Source: Fidelibacterota bacterium UBA7300
GTDB lineage: Bacteria; Fidelibacterota; Marinisomatia; Marinisomatales; UBA2128
Length of the DNA stretch: 36,954 bases
NCBI GenBank assembly: GCA_002471865.1
Contig: DKQU01000062.1
Span: forward strand, 1 to 36,954
Direction of reading: 5' to 3'
The translations under genes and the position numbers were made by a program. Positions 10,583 through 21,262 of the stretch are shown here, piece after piece. The notes beneath the pieces were generated by a model. That model made no database searches. It was given only the letters and a program-made list of their open reading frames with translations, and had not been told where the DNA came from. Position 1 is the stretch's first letter, and each line of letters begins with the position of its first letter.

Positions 10583-11341
10583 ATGGTTGCCATTCGAAGT
10601 GAAAGAGAATTAAAAAAAATTGCCGAGAGCAGCAGAATTGTTGCTGAAACTCTCGATTTTCTCGAAGAAAAAATAGTAAAAGGTGTTAACGGGAAAGAAT
10701 TGGATAAAATTGCAGAAGATTATATTCATTCTCGAAATGCAGAGCCGGCATTCAAAGGTTACATGGGCTATCCTGCCACATTGTGCATTTCAGTTAATGA
10801 TGAAGTTGTGCACGGTATCCCTAACGACACACCTTTCAAAGATGGTGATATTGTCGGCATAGATTGTGGCGTATTGAAGAATGGATATTTTGGTGATCAT
10901 GCCAGAACCTACATGATAGGAAATGTATCAAAAGAAATACAAGATCTGGTGGATGCAACAAGAACATCACTCAGAATAGGTATTGATCAGGCTAAAGCTG
11001 GAAATTATGTTTCAGACATCGGTCACGCAATTCAATCTTATGTAGAAGAAAAAGGATACAGTGTTGTGAGAGAATTGGTAGGGCATGGAATTGGTCGTAA
11101 TCTGCATGAAGACCCCCAAATTCCGAATTATGGTGAACCCGGCAGAGGATTAAAACTTAAAAGCGGAATGTGTATTGCTATCGAACCAATGATAAATTTT
11201 GGAGAAAAGGAAATTTATACCAAGCCGAATGGTTGGACAATTTGTACGAAAGATGGTAAACCTTCAGCACATTTTGAACACACAATTGTAATTACAGAAC
11301 AAGGCGGTAAAATCTTAAGCAATGGGACCCTTACTGGGTAA
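10583..11341 (+). CDS. map: type I methionine aminopeptidase
   Basis: SVNDEVVHGIP, GHGIG..LHEDP, IEPM, SAHFEHT. Confidence 0.98.
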   Translation: MVAIRSERELKKIAESSRIVAETLDFLEEKIVKGVNGKELDKIAEDYIHSRNAEPAFKGYMGYPATLCISVNDEVVHGIPNDTPFKDGDIVGIDCGVLKNGYFGDHARTYMIGNVSKEIQDLVDATRTSLRIGIDQAKAGNYVSDIGHAIQSYVEEKGYSVVRELVGHGIGRNLHEDPQIPNYGEPGRGLKLKSGMCIAIEPMINFGEKEIYTKPNGWTICTKDGKPSAHFEHTIVITEQGGKILSNGTLTG

Positions 11342-11347
11342 TAATAA

Positions 11348-11461
11348 ATGAAAGTTAGATCTTCAGTAAAGAAAATATGTAAAAAGTGCAAAATTATCCG
11401 AAGAAAAGGGGTTGTTCGGGTAATTTGCAGTAATCCGAAGCATAAGCAAAGACAGGGATAA
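11348..11461 (+). CDS. rpmJ: 50S ribosomal protein L36 (zinc-ribbon form)
   Basis: Translated by hand (absent from ORF track): [37 protein letters not shown]. Confidence 0.98.
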   Translation: MKVRSSVKKICKKCKIIRRKGVVRVICSNPKHKQRQG

Positions 11462-11464
11462 TCA

Positions 11465-11851
11465 ATGGCACGAATAGCAGGAGTTGATCTACCAAGAGAT
11501 AAGAAAGTGGAGTATGCACTTACATACATTTTTGGTGTTGGTCATACAACAGCAAAAAAGATACTAGAGGAAGCAAAAGTAGATGGTAATATTCGAGTTT
11601 CTGACTTAAGTGAAAAACATGTTACAGCAATTCGAGAATCAGTAGGTAATCTGTCAATAGAAGGTGAGCTCAGGACAGATCGGACTATGAACATTAAACG
11701 TTTAATGGATATTGGCAGTTACCGTGGATTACGCCATAGGAGAGGTCTTCCTGTTCGAGGTCAGAGAACTAAAACCAATGCCCGAACTCGAAAAGGTAGA
11801 AAAAGAACAGTGGGATTAGGACGGAAAACATCTGTAAGTAAGAAAGGATAA
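11465..11851 (+). CDS. rpsM: 30S ribosomal protein S13
   Basis: [36 protein letters not shown]. Confidence 0.99.
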   Translation: MARIAGVDLPRDKKVEYALTYIFGVGHTTAKKILEEAKVDGNIRVSDLSEKHVTAIRESVGNLSIEGELRTDRTMNIKRLMDIGSYRGLRHRRGLPVRGQRTKTNARTRKGRKRTVGLGRKTSVSKKG

Positions 11852-11864
11852 GAGTAACTAAATC

Positions 11865-12257
11865 ATGGTAAAAAAAGGATCAAAACAACGCAAGAAGAAA
11901 AAGACTACAATACCCTCTGAAGGTATTGTTCATATCAAGGCGACATTCAATAATACAATTATAACTTTTACTGATATGAACGGAAATGCATTTGCTTGGG
12001 CAAGTGCAGGTACATCTGGTTTCAAGGGCTCTAGAAAAAGTACCCCATTTGCTGCTGGTCAAGCTGCTGAAAAAGCAGCTCGTAAAGCACTCGATTTAGG
12101 ATTGAAGTCTGTTGAAATTCGTGTAAAAGGCCCCGGTCCCGGCCGTGAATCATCCATTCGCTCATTGGGAGTAACTGGCCTTGAAATAACCAAGATTACA
12201 GATGTCACCCCAATTCCTCACAACGGTTGTCGACCACCTAAGAAACGCAGAGTATAA
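11865..12257 (+). CDS. rpsK: 30S ribosomal protein S11
   Basis: [34 protein letters not shown]. Confidence 0.99.
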   Translation: MVKKGSKQRKKKKTTIPSEGIVHIKATFNNTIITFTDMNGNAFAWASAGTSGFKGSRKSTPFAAGQAAEKAARKALDLGLKSVEIRVKGPGPGRESSIRSLGVTGLEITKITDVTPIPHNGCRPPKKRRV

Positions 12258-12270
12258 GGGGGATTTAGAA

Positions 12271-12888
12271 ATGGCACGCTATACAGGACCTAAAGCGAAA
12301 ATAGCACGAAAATTTGGTGAAAATATTTTTGGTAATGAGAAAATCTCTAAGATTCTAGAAAGGAAGAATTATCCTCCCGGTCAACATGGTCAAAGTCGCC
12401 GCCGCAGACCTTCAAATTATGCAATGCAGCTGCGCGAAAAACAGAAAATGAAGTATGCTTATGGACTGTTAGAGCGTCAGTTCAGGAATTTTTTCGAGAA
12501 AGCCGAGAAAATGAAGGGAGAAACAGGTGTTAACCTGCTTCAGCTCTTAGAATGCAGACTGGACAATGTTGTATATCGCCTGGGATTTGCAAACACACGA
12601 TCTTCAGCCAGACAGCTGGTAAATCACAGACATTTGACTGTCAATGGTAAAATTGTGAACATTCCTTCATATGTCTTAAAGGTTGGAGATGTGGTTCAGG
12701 TGAGAGATAAAAGTAGGAAATTGACAGTAATACACGATTCAGTAAAGAGAATTCGAGGAGATCTCGACATTCCATGGTTAAAACTGGATAAGGGATCTCT
12801 TTCAGGGTCTTTTGAACAGATTCCTGAACGTGAACATCTTGATAGTATGTTCAACGTACAGTTGGTTGTAGAGCTCTATTCAAAATAG
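12271..12888 (+). CDS. rpsD: 30S ribosomal protein S4
   Basis: MARYTGP, PPGQHG, LE.RLDNVVYRLGF; start moved to ATG 12271. Confidence 0.99.
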   Translation: MARYTGPKAKIARKFGENIFGNEKISKILERKNYPPGQHGQSRRRRPSNYAMQLREKQKMKYAYGLLERQFRNFFEKAEKMKGETGVNLLQLLECRLDNVVYRLGFANTRSSARQLVNHRHLTVNGKIVNIPSYVLKVGDVVQVRDKSRKLTVIHDSVKRIRGDLDIPWLKLDKGSLSGSFEQIPEREHLDSMFNVQLVVELYSK

Positions 12889-12907
12889 TTACAAGGGGAA
12901 ATCGAGA

Positions 12908-13879
12908 ATGACAAAAAAGAGTGAGTTCAAGTTTCAAATTGATGAAAAAACCTCCACTAAGGATTATGGTAATCTAACACTGGCACCGCTGGAAAGAGGT
13001 TTTGGAATCACAGTTGGGAATTCCATTCGACGTGTAATGATGACCAGTATTCCCGGCGCTGCAATTTCATCAATCCGAATTGATGGTGTCCTTCATGAGT
13101 TTACCACGATTGAAGGTGTATTGGAAGATGTAGCTGATGTAATTCAGAATCTGAAGAAGGTTCGCTTTAAACTCAATGACAATAATCCTGACAAGGTCGA
13201 GCTAAGTTTTACCGGAAAAGGGGAGTTTACCGCTAAAGATCTGGATATATCACCACAGTTTAAGGTTATGAATCCAAAACATCACATTGCTACACTGAAT
13301 GAAAAAGCCGATTTTACAATGGAAATCCAGATCGGTATTGGTACAGGATATGTGGATGCCAACAGTCATAGTCGAGTTGACGTACCGCTTGGAACCGTCT
13401 TCATTGATTCTATTTTCAATCCGGTAACCAGAGTTAACTATGATGTCGAGCCAGTTTCTTCAGCAAAAGATAGTCTCGAGAAGCTCATACTCGAAGTGAC
13501 TACTGATGGTACTATAAGTCCAGCGGATTCGGTAAATCATGCTGCAACTCTTCTAATTGAGCATTTTAGTCAATTCATGATAGCCGGAGCGGGTCCAGTA
13601 CTTGAGGTTTCTGACGAAATCGATGAGGAAATCATCCAGGTTAGGAAATTGCTAGAAATGAGTATAGATGAAATGGAACTGTCTGTTCGGAGTCATAATT
13701 GCCTGCAAGCTGCGGGTATTAAATCAATCGGTGAACTTGTGTCCAAAGAAGAAGGCGAAATGTTGAAGTATAAAAACTTTGGACGTAAATCGCTTTCCGA
13801 ACTTGTGGAAAAGCTGGGTGATATGAAACTGCAGTTTGGCATGGATATTGATAAATATTTGGCAGAGGCCGAAAGTTAA
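12908..13879 (+). CDS. rpoA: DNA-directed RNA polymerase subunit alpha
   Basis: PLERGFGITVGNSIRR, GVLHEF, ELSVRSHNCL, NFGRKSL. Confidence 0.99.
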   Translation: MTKKSEFKFQIDEKTSTKDYGNLTLAPLERGFGITVGNSIRRVMMTSIPGAAISSIRIDGVLHEFTTIEGVLEDVADVIQNLKKVRFKLNDNNPDKVELSFTGKGEFTAKDLDISPQFKVMNPKHHIATLNEKADFTMEIQIGIGTGYVDANSHSRVDVPLGTVFIDSIFNPVTRVNYDVEPVSSAKDSLEKLILEVTTDGTISPADSVNHAATLLIEHFSQFMIAGAGPVLEVSDEIDEEIIQVRKLLEMSIDEMELSVRSHNCLQAAGIKSIGELVSKEEGEMLKYKNFGRKSLSELVEKLGDMKLQFGMDIDKYLAEAES

Positions 13880-13890
13880 GCGAGGAAACC

Positions 13891-14373
13891 GTGCGACATC
13901 AGAAAAGAGGAAGAAAGCTAGGCAGAACTGCTAGCCATCGAAAAGCGACTCTGGCCAATATTACTATCGCGCTGATTGAGCATAAACGAATAAAGACTAC
14001 CGACGCCAAGGCGAAAGAAGCGAGACGGTTTATAGAACCTCTTGTGACTAAAGCCAAAAGAGGTACACTTCACGATCGAAGACAGGTACTCAAGAAAGTA
14101 CCGCATCCTGATAAAGTGAAGATTCTATTCGATGAGATCGCACCCAAGTATGCTGATCGAAACGGTGGATATACTCGAATAATCAAATTGGGTGTACGGG
14201 ATAACGATTGTGCACCAGTTTCACTACTTGAGTTCGTTGATTATGTCGAGGAAACTCAGAAGAAGGATGAAGATAAAAAGAAAGCTAAGAAGAACAGAAA
14301 AGAAGCCAAGAAGAAAGCGGCTGCTGAAGCAGAAGAAGCTTTAGCAAATGCAGCAGAAACCGAAAAGGAGTAA
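13891..14373 (+). CDS. rplQ: 50S ribosomal protein L17 with charged C-terminal tail
   Basis: MRHQKRGRKLGR, RNGGYTRIIKLG; GTG start. Confidence 0.99.
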   Translation: MRHQKRGRKLGRTASHRKATLANITIALIEHKRIKTTDAKAKEARRFIEPLVTKAKRGTLHDRRQVLKKVPHPDKVKILFDEIAPKYADRNGGYTRIIKLGVRDNDCAPVSLLEFVDYVEETQKKDEDKKKAKKNRKEAKKKAAAEAEEALANAAETEKE

Positions 14374-14383
14374 ATTCCGCGGT

Positions 14384-15544
14384 TTGAAACCTCACAAGCA
14401 ATTCTTAAAGGCAACCTTCTGGGTTGCCTTTTTTGTTTTCTCTTCTTTCGGTGGATTCTTGATGGCTGAGGAACCTTCCTCAGAAGATATAAGGAGCTTG
14501 TGGGTCGTACGGTACTCTATGGTCTCTCAGGAATCGATTGATCTTGCTCTCGAAACTGCTTCTGAATTGGGCTTTAATCACGTTTTCCTGCAAGTGAGAG
14601 GCCGGGGAGACGCTTATTATTCAAGCCAAATCGTACCTCGCGGACGCTTTTTGGTCGATCCGGATTTTGATCCCCTTTCATACGCTGTAGAAAAAGGTCA
14701 CTCACTCGGGTTAAAAGTCCATGCATGGCTGAATATGTTTCTAATCTGGTCTAGTCCTGAACTCCCGAAAGATACAACTCATCTTTTTCTCGCTCACCCT
14801 GATTGGCTAGATGAATCGAGAAGCGGTCAGCAGAATGTTGAGCCCAACTTTGTGAACGGAAGCGGAGGAGTTACTCGCTTCATTTCTCCTTCAGTAAAAG
14901 GTGTAACTGATCATTTTATATCTGTATTGACAGAGATTCTTGATACATATGATGTTGATGGAATTCATCTCGATTACGTCCGTCTGGCTGATCTTGACTA
15001 CGGTTATCATTCTGACTGCGAAAGTCGATTTATACTGAAATATGGACTTCGACCGGATAACATTAATAGTGTCGGAAATAGGGAAGAAATTGAATTTCTT
15101 CAATTTGAGTGGGATCAAATCCGCAGGGAATCAGTGACTGATTTCATGCGGCAGTACAGTGAAGTAATCATAGCTCAAAAGCCGGACTGTATTCTCTCAG
15201 TAGCTGTGAAACCTAATCCTTCCGTAGCGAAGAATCGCTATTTCCAAGAATGGGATTTGTGGCTGACAGAGGGGTTGGTGGACTATGTGGTACCTATGAA
15301 CTATGAGAAAGAACTAACTGGATTTCTTAACAATACTTCGAGTATTGAAGAAAACGTACAAAGGAAATACAACCGGAGTATCATCATGGGATTGGCGGTG
15401 TATAATCAATCTCCGGAATCCGCTTCAGAAAAACTCGAAAGTTTAACTCGCCGGGAATACGCTGGTTTTTCCGTGTTTTCCTGGAATGCGTTGAAAGATA
15501 GTGTGGAGAGTTTTGCACCTTTTTTCAAATTGGTAAAAAGATAA
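14384..15544 (+). CDS. glycoside hydrolase-like family 10 (GHL10/DUF187, YngK/DigH-like) protein
   Basis: R.LWV, GFNHVFLQVRGRGDAYY.S, FDPL...V..GH..GLKVHAW, YDVDGIHLDYVR, QEW..WL..GLVD..VPM.Y; start uncertain (TTG 14384 gives a signal peptide, ATG 14462 does not). Confidence 0.85.
   Translation: MKPHKQFLKATFWVAFFVFSSFGGFLMAEEPSSEDIRSLWVVRYSMVSQESIDLALETASELGFNHVFLQVRGRGDAYYSSQIVPRGRFLVDPDFDPLSYAVEKGHSLGLKVHAWLNMFLIWSSPELPKDTTHLFLAHPDWLDESRSGQQNVEPNFVNGSGGVTRFISPSVKGVTDHFISVLTEILDTYDVDGIHLDYVRLADLDYGYHSDCESRFILKYGLRPDNINSVGNREEIEFLQFEWDQIRRESVTDFMRQYSEVIIAQKPDCILSVAVKPNPSVAKNRYFQEWDLWLTEGLVDYVVPMNYEKELTGFLNNTSSIEENVQRKYNRSIIMGLAVYNQSPESASEKLESLTRREYAGFSVFSWNALKDSVESFAPFFKLVKR
14407..14434 (+). 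terminator. Rho-independent terminator of the ribosomal/alpha operon
   Basis: AAAGGCAACC-TTCTG-GGTTGCCTTT followed by a T-run, 33 nt after the rplQ stop. Confidence 0.85.
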
Positions 15545-15559
15545 AGGTGTCCCTCTCGA

Positions 15560-16525
15560 TTATTTTTTATAATCTAATAAATGTTTGGTCATAAAGACTT
15601 TGGCAAAATTATAAGAAGCTTCTCGAGCTACAGGATTTCCACCGAGTGTTGGTCCACGGTCTGCGCAAAAAGCCAAAGCTAATTTTTGAAGATATGGTTT
15701 GGTCATGGGAATGTGAAAAAAATTCATTAAGACAGCCCCATCAGCGCGCATTCGGAAACGGCAATCGGATAAGGCGTAGCCATTTTCCTCAACCACCAAC
15801 GGCCCCTCTCGATCAAATCCGTGATGAGCATCTGGATAAACAGTAATTCCTATATCCACACCTATCGACTGCATATCGGCTACAAGATCTTCGCAAGCAG
15901 CAGCAGGAACCCAGTTATCCAGTTCCCCAATAAGGATATGTATAGGTGCTTCAGTGAATTTCATTTTTTCCGGTTTAACGATGCAGGGTGGATAAATAGA
16001 TAAATGAGCAGAGAAACTACTTTTTGGCGATATAGCATCTTTCAACGGTTGCCAGGCAGAAAACAGTGAGACGGCGCCTCCTAGGCTCCAGCCGGTAATA
16101 GCTACACGCTGGGGATTTATACGGGGGTCTTTGATCAACGTATCCAAAGCACGATAAGCATCCAGAATCATCATGGCTGTGGTAACGTCTACCTGAGTAC
16201 CCACCGTGGATTTTATATCGCGACTGGCGAAGCTCTGTAATTCAAAAGTGGCAACTCCCATGTTTCTGTACATGGATAAGTACTCCAGATGATGATCGGC
16301 CCAGTCCTTGCTGCCAGCTGCAGCTATGACCAGTGGTAGATTCTTCTGTTCAACTCCTGCTGGAAAACGGAGAATACCGTGAACCTCATGAGGATCCTGG
16401 TTTTCCAAATCAGTAATGATATGATAGAATGAAAATGGATTGGCACTTGTGAACTTGACAAGTTCACCTTCATTGCCCAGACAAAACTGGAATAAAATAA
16501 GAAACGTGAATATTTTATTAACCAT
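15560..16525 (-). CDS. dienelactone hydrolase-family alpha/beta hydrolase, probably exported
   Basis: GWSLGG nucleophile elbow, ILIGELDNW (Asp), YPDAHHGFD (His); hydrophobic N-terminus. Confidence 0.85.
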   Translation of the reverse strand: MVNKIFTFLILFQFCLGNEGELVKFTSANPFSFYHIITDLENQDPHEVHGILRFPAGVEQKNLPLVIAAAGSKDWADHHLEYLSMYRNMGVATFELQSFASRDIKSTVGTQVDVTTAMMILDAYRALDTLIKDPRINPQRVAITGWSLGGAVSLFSAWQPLKDAISPKSSFSAHLSIYPPCIVKPEKMKFTEAPIHILIGELDNWVPAAACEDLVADMQSIGVDIGITVYPDAHHGFDREGPLVVEENGYALSDCRFRMRADGAVLMNFFHIPMTKPYLQKLALAFCADRGPTLGGNPVAREASYNFAKVFMTKHLLDYKK

Positions 16526-16634
16526 AAGTAGCTACTGTAATGTCATAATGGATAAGCTCATCTCCGCTTATGTATCGGGCTCAGATTGATTGCGGATTAG
16601 ATGATAATACTTACATGATTCTTATGTGGCTATT

Positions 16635-17987
<1,353 letters not shown>

Positions 17988-18158
17988 CTAAGTGATATTA
18001 GTAATCTGAGCATTGTAGTATAACTCCAAGGTTTGATACCCCATAATTTAAGAAGAGTAGGGTATAGAGGTCATGTTTTTTACTGTAAATATTTTGATAT
18101 ATTATTAGCATATTCCTGAGCTTAAACTCGATTGCGAAATTGTTGAATCGAGTCTAAC

Positions 18159-18869
18159 TTGACCGCCGTGAAATGGTTACTTTCAGGATTGATTGATCTG
18201 CTCTATCCACCCATCTGCATAAGTTGTGAAGAACGAATGGCTGGGGAAGAGGTCATTTGCGAGTATTGTTTGAGTGGATTAGAACCGACTAATTTGGGAA
18301 ATTGGGTAGAGAATATAACCAACCATGATCATCTCGATTATGCCTATTCCGGCTGGTATTTTGATGAGATATTTCAGCAGATGGTACATGAAATGAAGTA
18401 TCAAGAGAGTCGAATGGTGGCTGAGATCTTTGGTCACAAACTTGGAACTCTCCTGAGAAATGAACTTTCAACATTGAGCATTGACTCAGTGATACCTGTT
18501 CCGCTTCATTCTGCTAGATTGCGTGAGAGGGGATTTAATCAAAGTGCATTGTTGGGTCGTGCCCTTTCTGAAGTAATTAGCATAGCGTGTAGTGAAGATA
18601 TACTTTTTCGAAAGCGCAATACTGTGTCACAAACTAAACTAGGGGCTGATGAACGGAAGCAAAACATGAGCAGTGCTTTTTTCGCTAAAGATATTGGAGA
18701 TTATACACGTTTTTTGCTGATTGATGATATTCTTACCACTGGATCAACACTTTCTGCTTGCGCAGAAGCGCTAAAATCAGAAGGTGCTCAATTTGTAGGT
18801 GCAGTAACTGCCGGCACACCTCTACCAACTAAATCTACGATTAAGGATATTCAGAATGCGGAAGCTTGA
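18159..18869 (+). CDS. comF: ComF family protein (zinc ribbon + phosphoribosyltransferase)
   Basis: P..CISC...ICEYC, PVPLH..RLRERGFNQS, LLIDDILTTGST. Confidence 0.92.
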   Translation: MTAVKWLLSGLIDLLYPPICISCEERMAGEEVICEYCLSGLEPTNLGNWVENITNHDHLDYAYSGWYFDEIFQQMVHEMKYQESRMVAEIFGHKLGTLLRNELSTLSIDSVIPVPLHSARLRERGFNQSALLGRALSEVISIACSEDILFRKRNTVSQTKLGADERKQNMSSAFFAKDIGDYTRFLLIDDILTTGSTLSACAEALKSEGAQFVGAVTAGTPLPTKSTIKDIQNAEA

Positions 18870-20028
18870 AGATTTGAAATTGAAAGATTCACGGGTGTTG
18901 ATACGGCTCGATTTGAATGTACCTTTGAAAGATGGACATATAACGGACGATTTTCGGATTCGAGCTGCACTCCCAACAGTGAAACATTGTCTATCTCAGG
19001 GTGCTTCGGTTGTTATCATGTCTCACCTTGGCCGACCTGGAGGTAAATATAGTGAAGAGCTAAGTCTAATATCTGTTGGTGAGACGTTAGCAGATTTGCT
19101 TGAGACTCAAGTAAAATTTACAGATGACTGTATCTCAGAAGATGCCATTTCAGTTTCTAGGGAATTAAGACCAGGCGAGATTCATCTTTTAGAGAATTTA
19201 CGATTCCATAAAGGCGAGAAAAGAAACGATGAACGTTTTTCGATGAAACTTGCCAGCCATGGAGAACTATATATTAATGATGCTTTTGGTACTGCTCACC
19301 GTGCTCACGCTTCTAATGTAGGTGTACCAAGCAGGTTTTCGATAAAAGCCATGGGTTTTCTCATGGAAAAAGAGAAAGAATTTCTTTACGATACTCTAAT
19401 AAATCCTGCTCGTCCGCTTACAATTATTTTGGGAGGATCGAAGATTAGCGGAAAATTTGAACTAATTGGCAGATTCTTGAAGTTGGCTGACCATATACTG
19501 ATTGGTGGCGGAATGGCGTTTACATTCCTGAAGGCAAAAGGGTTGGAAATTGGAGCATCTTTATTGCAGGAAGATATGGTTGAGAGAGCTGAGAGTTATC
19601 TGCGGAAGGCAAAGAAGAGAGGTGTAAATCTGATATTACCCTCGGATTGTGCAGTTAATAATAACAGCAGTAGAAAAATTATTGAAGTGAGTCAATTAGG
19701 CGAAAAGGATATTGGTATGGACATCGGACCCGAAACCATTAAAAACTTCCGTGATATTATCAATCAATCGAATAGTGTAGTGTGGAATGGTCCTATGGGA
19801 GTTTTCGAAGAAGCGATCTTCAAAAAAGGGACTCAAGAAATTTGCAAGGAGGTAGGTAGTGTTGTTGGTAGAGGTGGAATATCCTTAATTGGTGGTGGAG
19901 ACAGTGCGGCAGCAGTCAGAACTGCCGGGATGGAGAGAGGAATGTCGCATATTTCAACTGGAGGAGGCGCATCCCTTGAACTGTTGGCCGGGAAAGAACT
20001 TCCTGCATTTCAGGCATTGGAGGAGTGA
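18856..20028 (+). CDS. pgk: phosphoglycerate kinase
   Basis: [53 protein letters not shown]. Confidence 0.99.
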   Translation: MRKLEDLKLKDSRVLIRLDLNVPLKDGHITDDFRIRAALPTVKHCLSQGASVVIMSHLGRPGGKYSEELSLISVGETLADLLETQVKFTDDCISEDAISVSRELRPGEIHLLENLRFHKGEKRNDERFSMKLASHGELYINDAFGTAHRAHASNVGVPSRFSIKAMGFLMEKEKEFLYDTLINPARPLTIILGGSKISGKFELIGRFLKLADHILIGGGMAFTFLKAKGLEIGASLLQEDMVERAESYLRKAKKRGVNLILPSDCAVNNNSSRKIIEVSQLGEKDIGMDIGPETIKNFRDIINQSNSVVWNGPMGVFEEAIFKKGTQEICKEVGSVVGRGGISLIGGGDSAAAVRTAGMERGMSHISTGGGASLELLAGKELPAFQALEE

Positions 20029-20033
20029 TAAAC

Positions 20034-20804
20034 ATGAGAAAACCTGTTTCAGCAGCTAATTGGAAGATGCATAAGACCTCTGGAGAGGCGTCAGCATTTG
20101 TAGAAGAACTGAGAAGTAAGATTTTGGACGAGCCTCAAGTAGATATTATATTATGTGCTAGCTCAACTGTGCTTTTTCACATAGGGACGGGTCCTAATGA
20201 GTCAGCGATTCAATTCGGAGCCCAGAATTGTCACTGGGAAAATGAAGGTGCTTTTACCGGCGAAGTTTCTCCTGAGATGATTTTGGACTGTGGTGCTCAA
20301 TGGGTAATTGTTGGACATTCTGAAAGACGACATCTGTTTGGGGAGACTGATGAAGATGTGGCTCGGAAATTTTCTGCGGCTGTTTCAGCAGGGCTTAGAC
20401 CTATTTTATGCATAGGCGAAACATTGGATGAACGGCAGAGTGGTTCTACATCTGAAGTGATCAAAAGACAGCTGAGTGCTGTAATATCACAGACGGAAGA
20501 AGAAGCATTTGATCAAGCTGTTATCGCCTATGAGCCTGTTTGGGCAATTGGTACTGGAATTACTGCTGATACGTCTCAGATAGAGGAGGCGCATCAAATC
20601 ATTAGAGATTTCATCATGAATAAGGATGAAAAACTAGCCACTGAAATTCGGATTCTCTACGGTGGAAGTGTTAAGCCGGGAAATGCGGCTGAGCTTATTG
20701 GAATAGAAGGAGTGGATGGATTTCTGGTGGGAGGTGCAAGTCTCTCAGTTGACAGTTTTATGGAGATCACTCAAGGGATCTCTGATCACTATGATAAAGG
20801 ATAA
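20034..20804 (+). CDS. tpiA: triosephosphate isomerase
   Basis: NWKM, GHSERR, AYEPVWAIGTG, LYGGSV, DGFLVGGAS; ATG 20034 after AGGAG. Confidence 0.99.
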   Translation: MRKPVSAANWKMHKTSGEASAFVEELRSKILDEPQVDIILCASSTVLFHIGTGPNESAIQFGAQNCHWENEGAFTGEVSPEMILDCGAQWVIVGHSERRHLFGETDEDVARKFSAAVSAGLRPILCIGETLDERQSGSTSEVIKRQLSAVISQTEEEAFDQAVIAYEPVWAIGTGITADTSQIEEAHQIIRDFIMNKDEKLATEIRILYGGSVKPGNAAELIGIEGVDGFLVGGASLSVDSFMEITQGISDHYDKG

Positions 20805-20810
20805 ATAAAA

Positions 20811-21146
20811 ATGTACACATTTCTGATTGTACTACATGTTATTGTAAGTATACTGCTAATTGTGGTTATATTAATGCAATCCAGCAAAGGAGGAGGGTTA
20901 TCCGGAACGTTTGGAGGGGCGGCATCAACTGCTGTTTTTGGTGGACGGGGTGCCGGCAGCTTTTTAAGCAAAGTGACTGTGAGCCTTGCTTTTGCTTTTA
21001 TGGTTCTTGCTATTGTTATCGGACTTTGGGGAAATGCTTCTGAAGGTACCGGATCAATAGTTCGGGAAAAAGCTCAGCAAAGTGGACAATTATCTTCGCC
21101 ACCTGTAGAAATTGAACAAACTGAGACAGGGCCTACCGAGAATTAA
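20811..21146 (+). CDS. secG: preprotein translocase subunit SecG
   Basis: LMQSSKGGGLSGTFGG, two TM segments; conserved tpiA-secG-tRNA-Leu order. Confidence 0.96.
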   Translation: MYTFLIVLHVIVSILLIVVILMQSSKGGGLSGTFGGAASTAVFGGRGAGSFLSKVTVSLAFAFMVLAIVIGLWGNASEGTGSIVREKAQQSGQLSSPPVEIEQTETGPTEN

Positions 21147-21157
21147 ATTGATAATCG

Positions 21158-21241
21158 GCCGAAGTGGTGGAACTGGTAGACACGCTGTCTTGAGGGGGCA
21201 GTGGGAGAGATCCTGTGGGGGTTCGAGTCCCCCCTTCGGCA
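21158..21241 (+). tRNA. tRNA-Leu(GAG)
   Basis: Acceptor GCCGAAG/CTTCGGC, anticodon arm CTGTC-TTGAGGG-GGCAG, long variable arm, GTTCGAGTC; no encoded CCA. Confidence 0.96.
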
Positions 21242-21262
21242 CATCCATGAAATAGGAGAATT

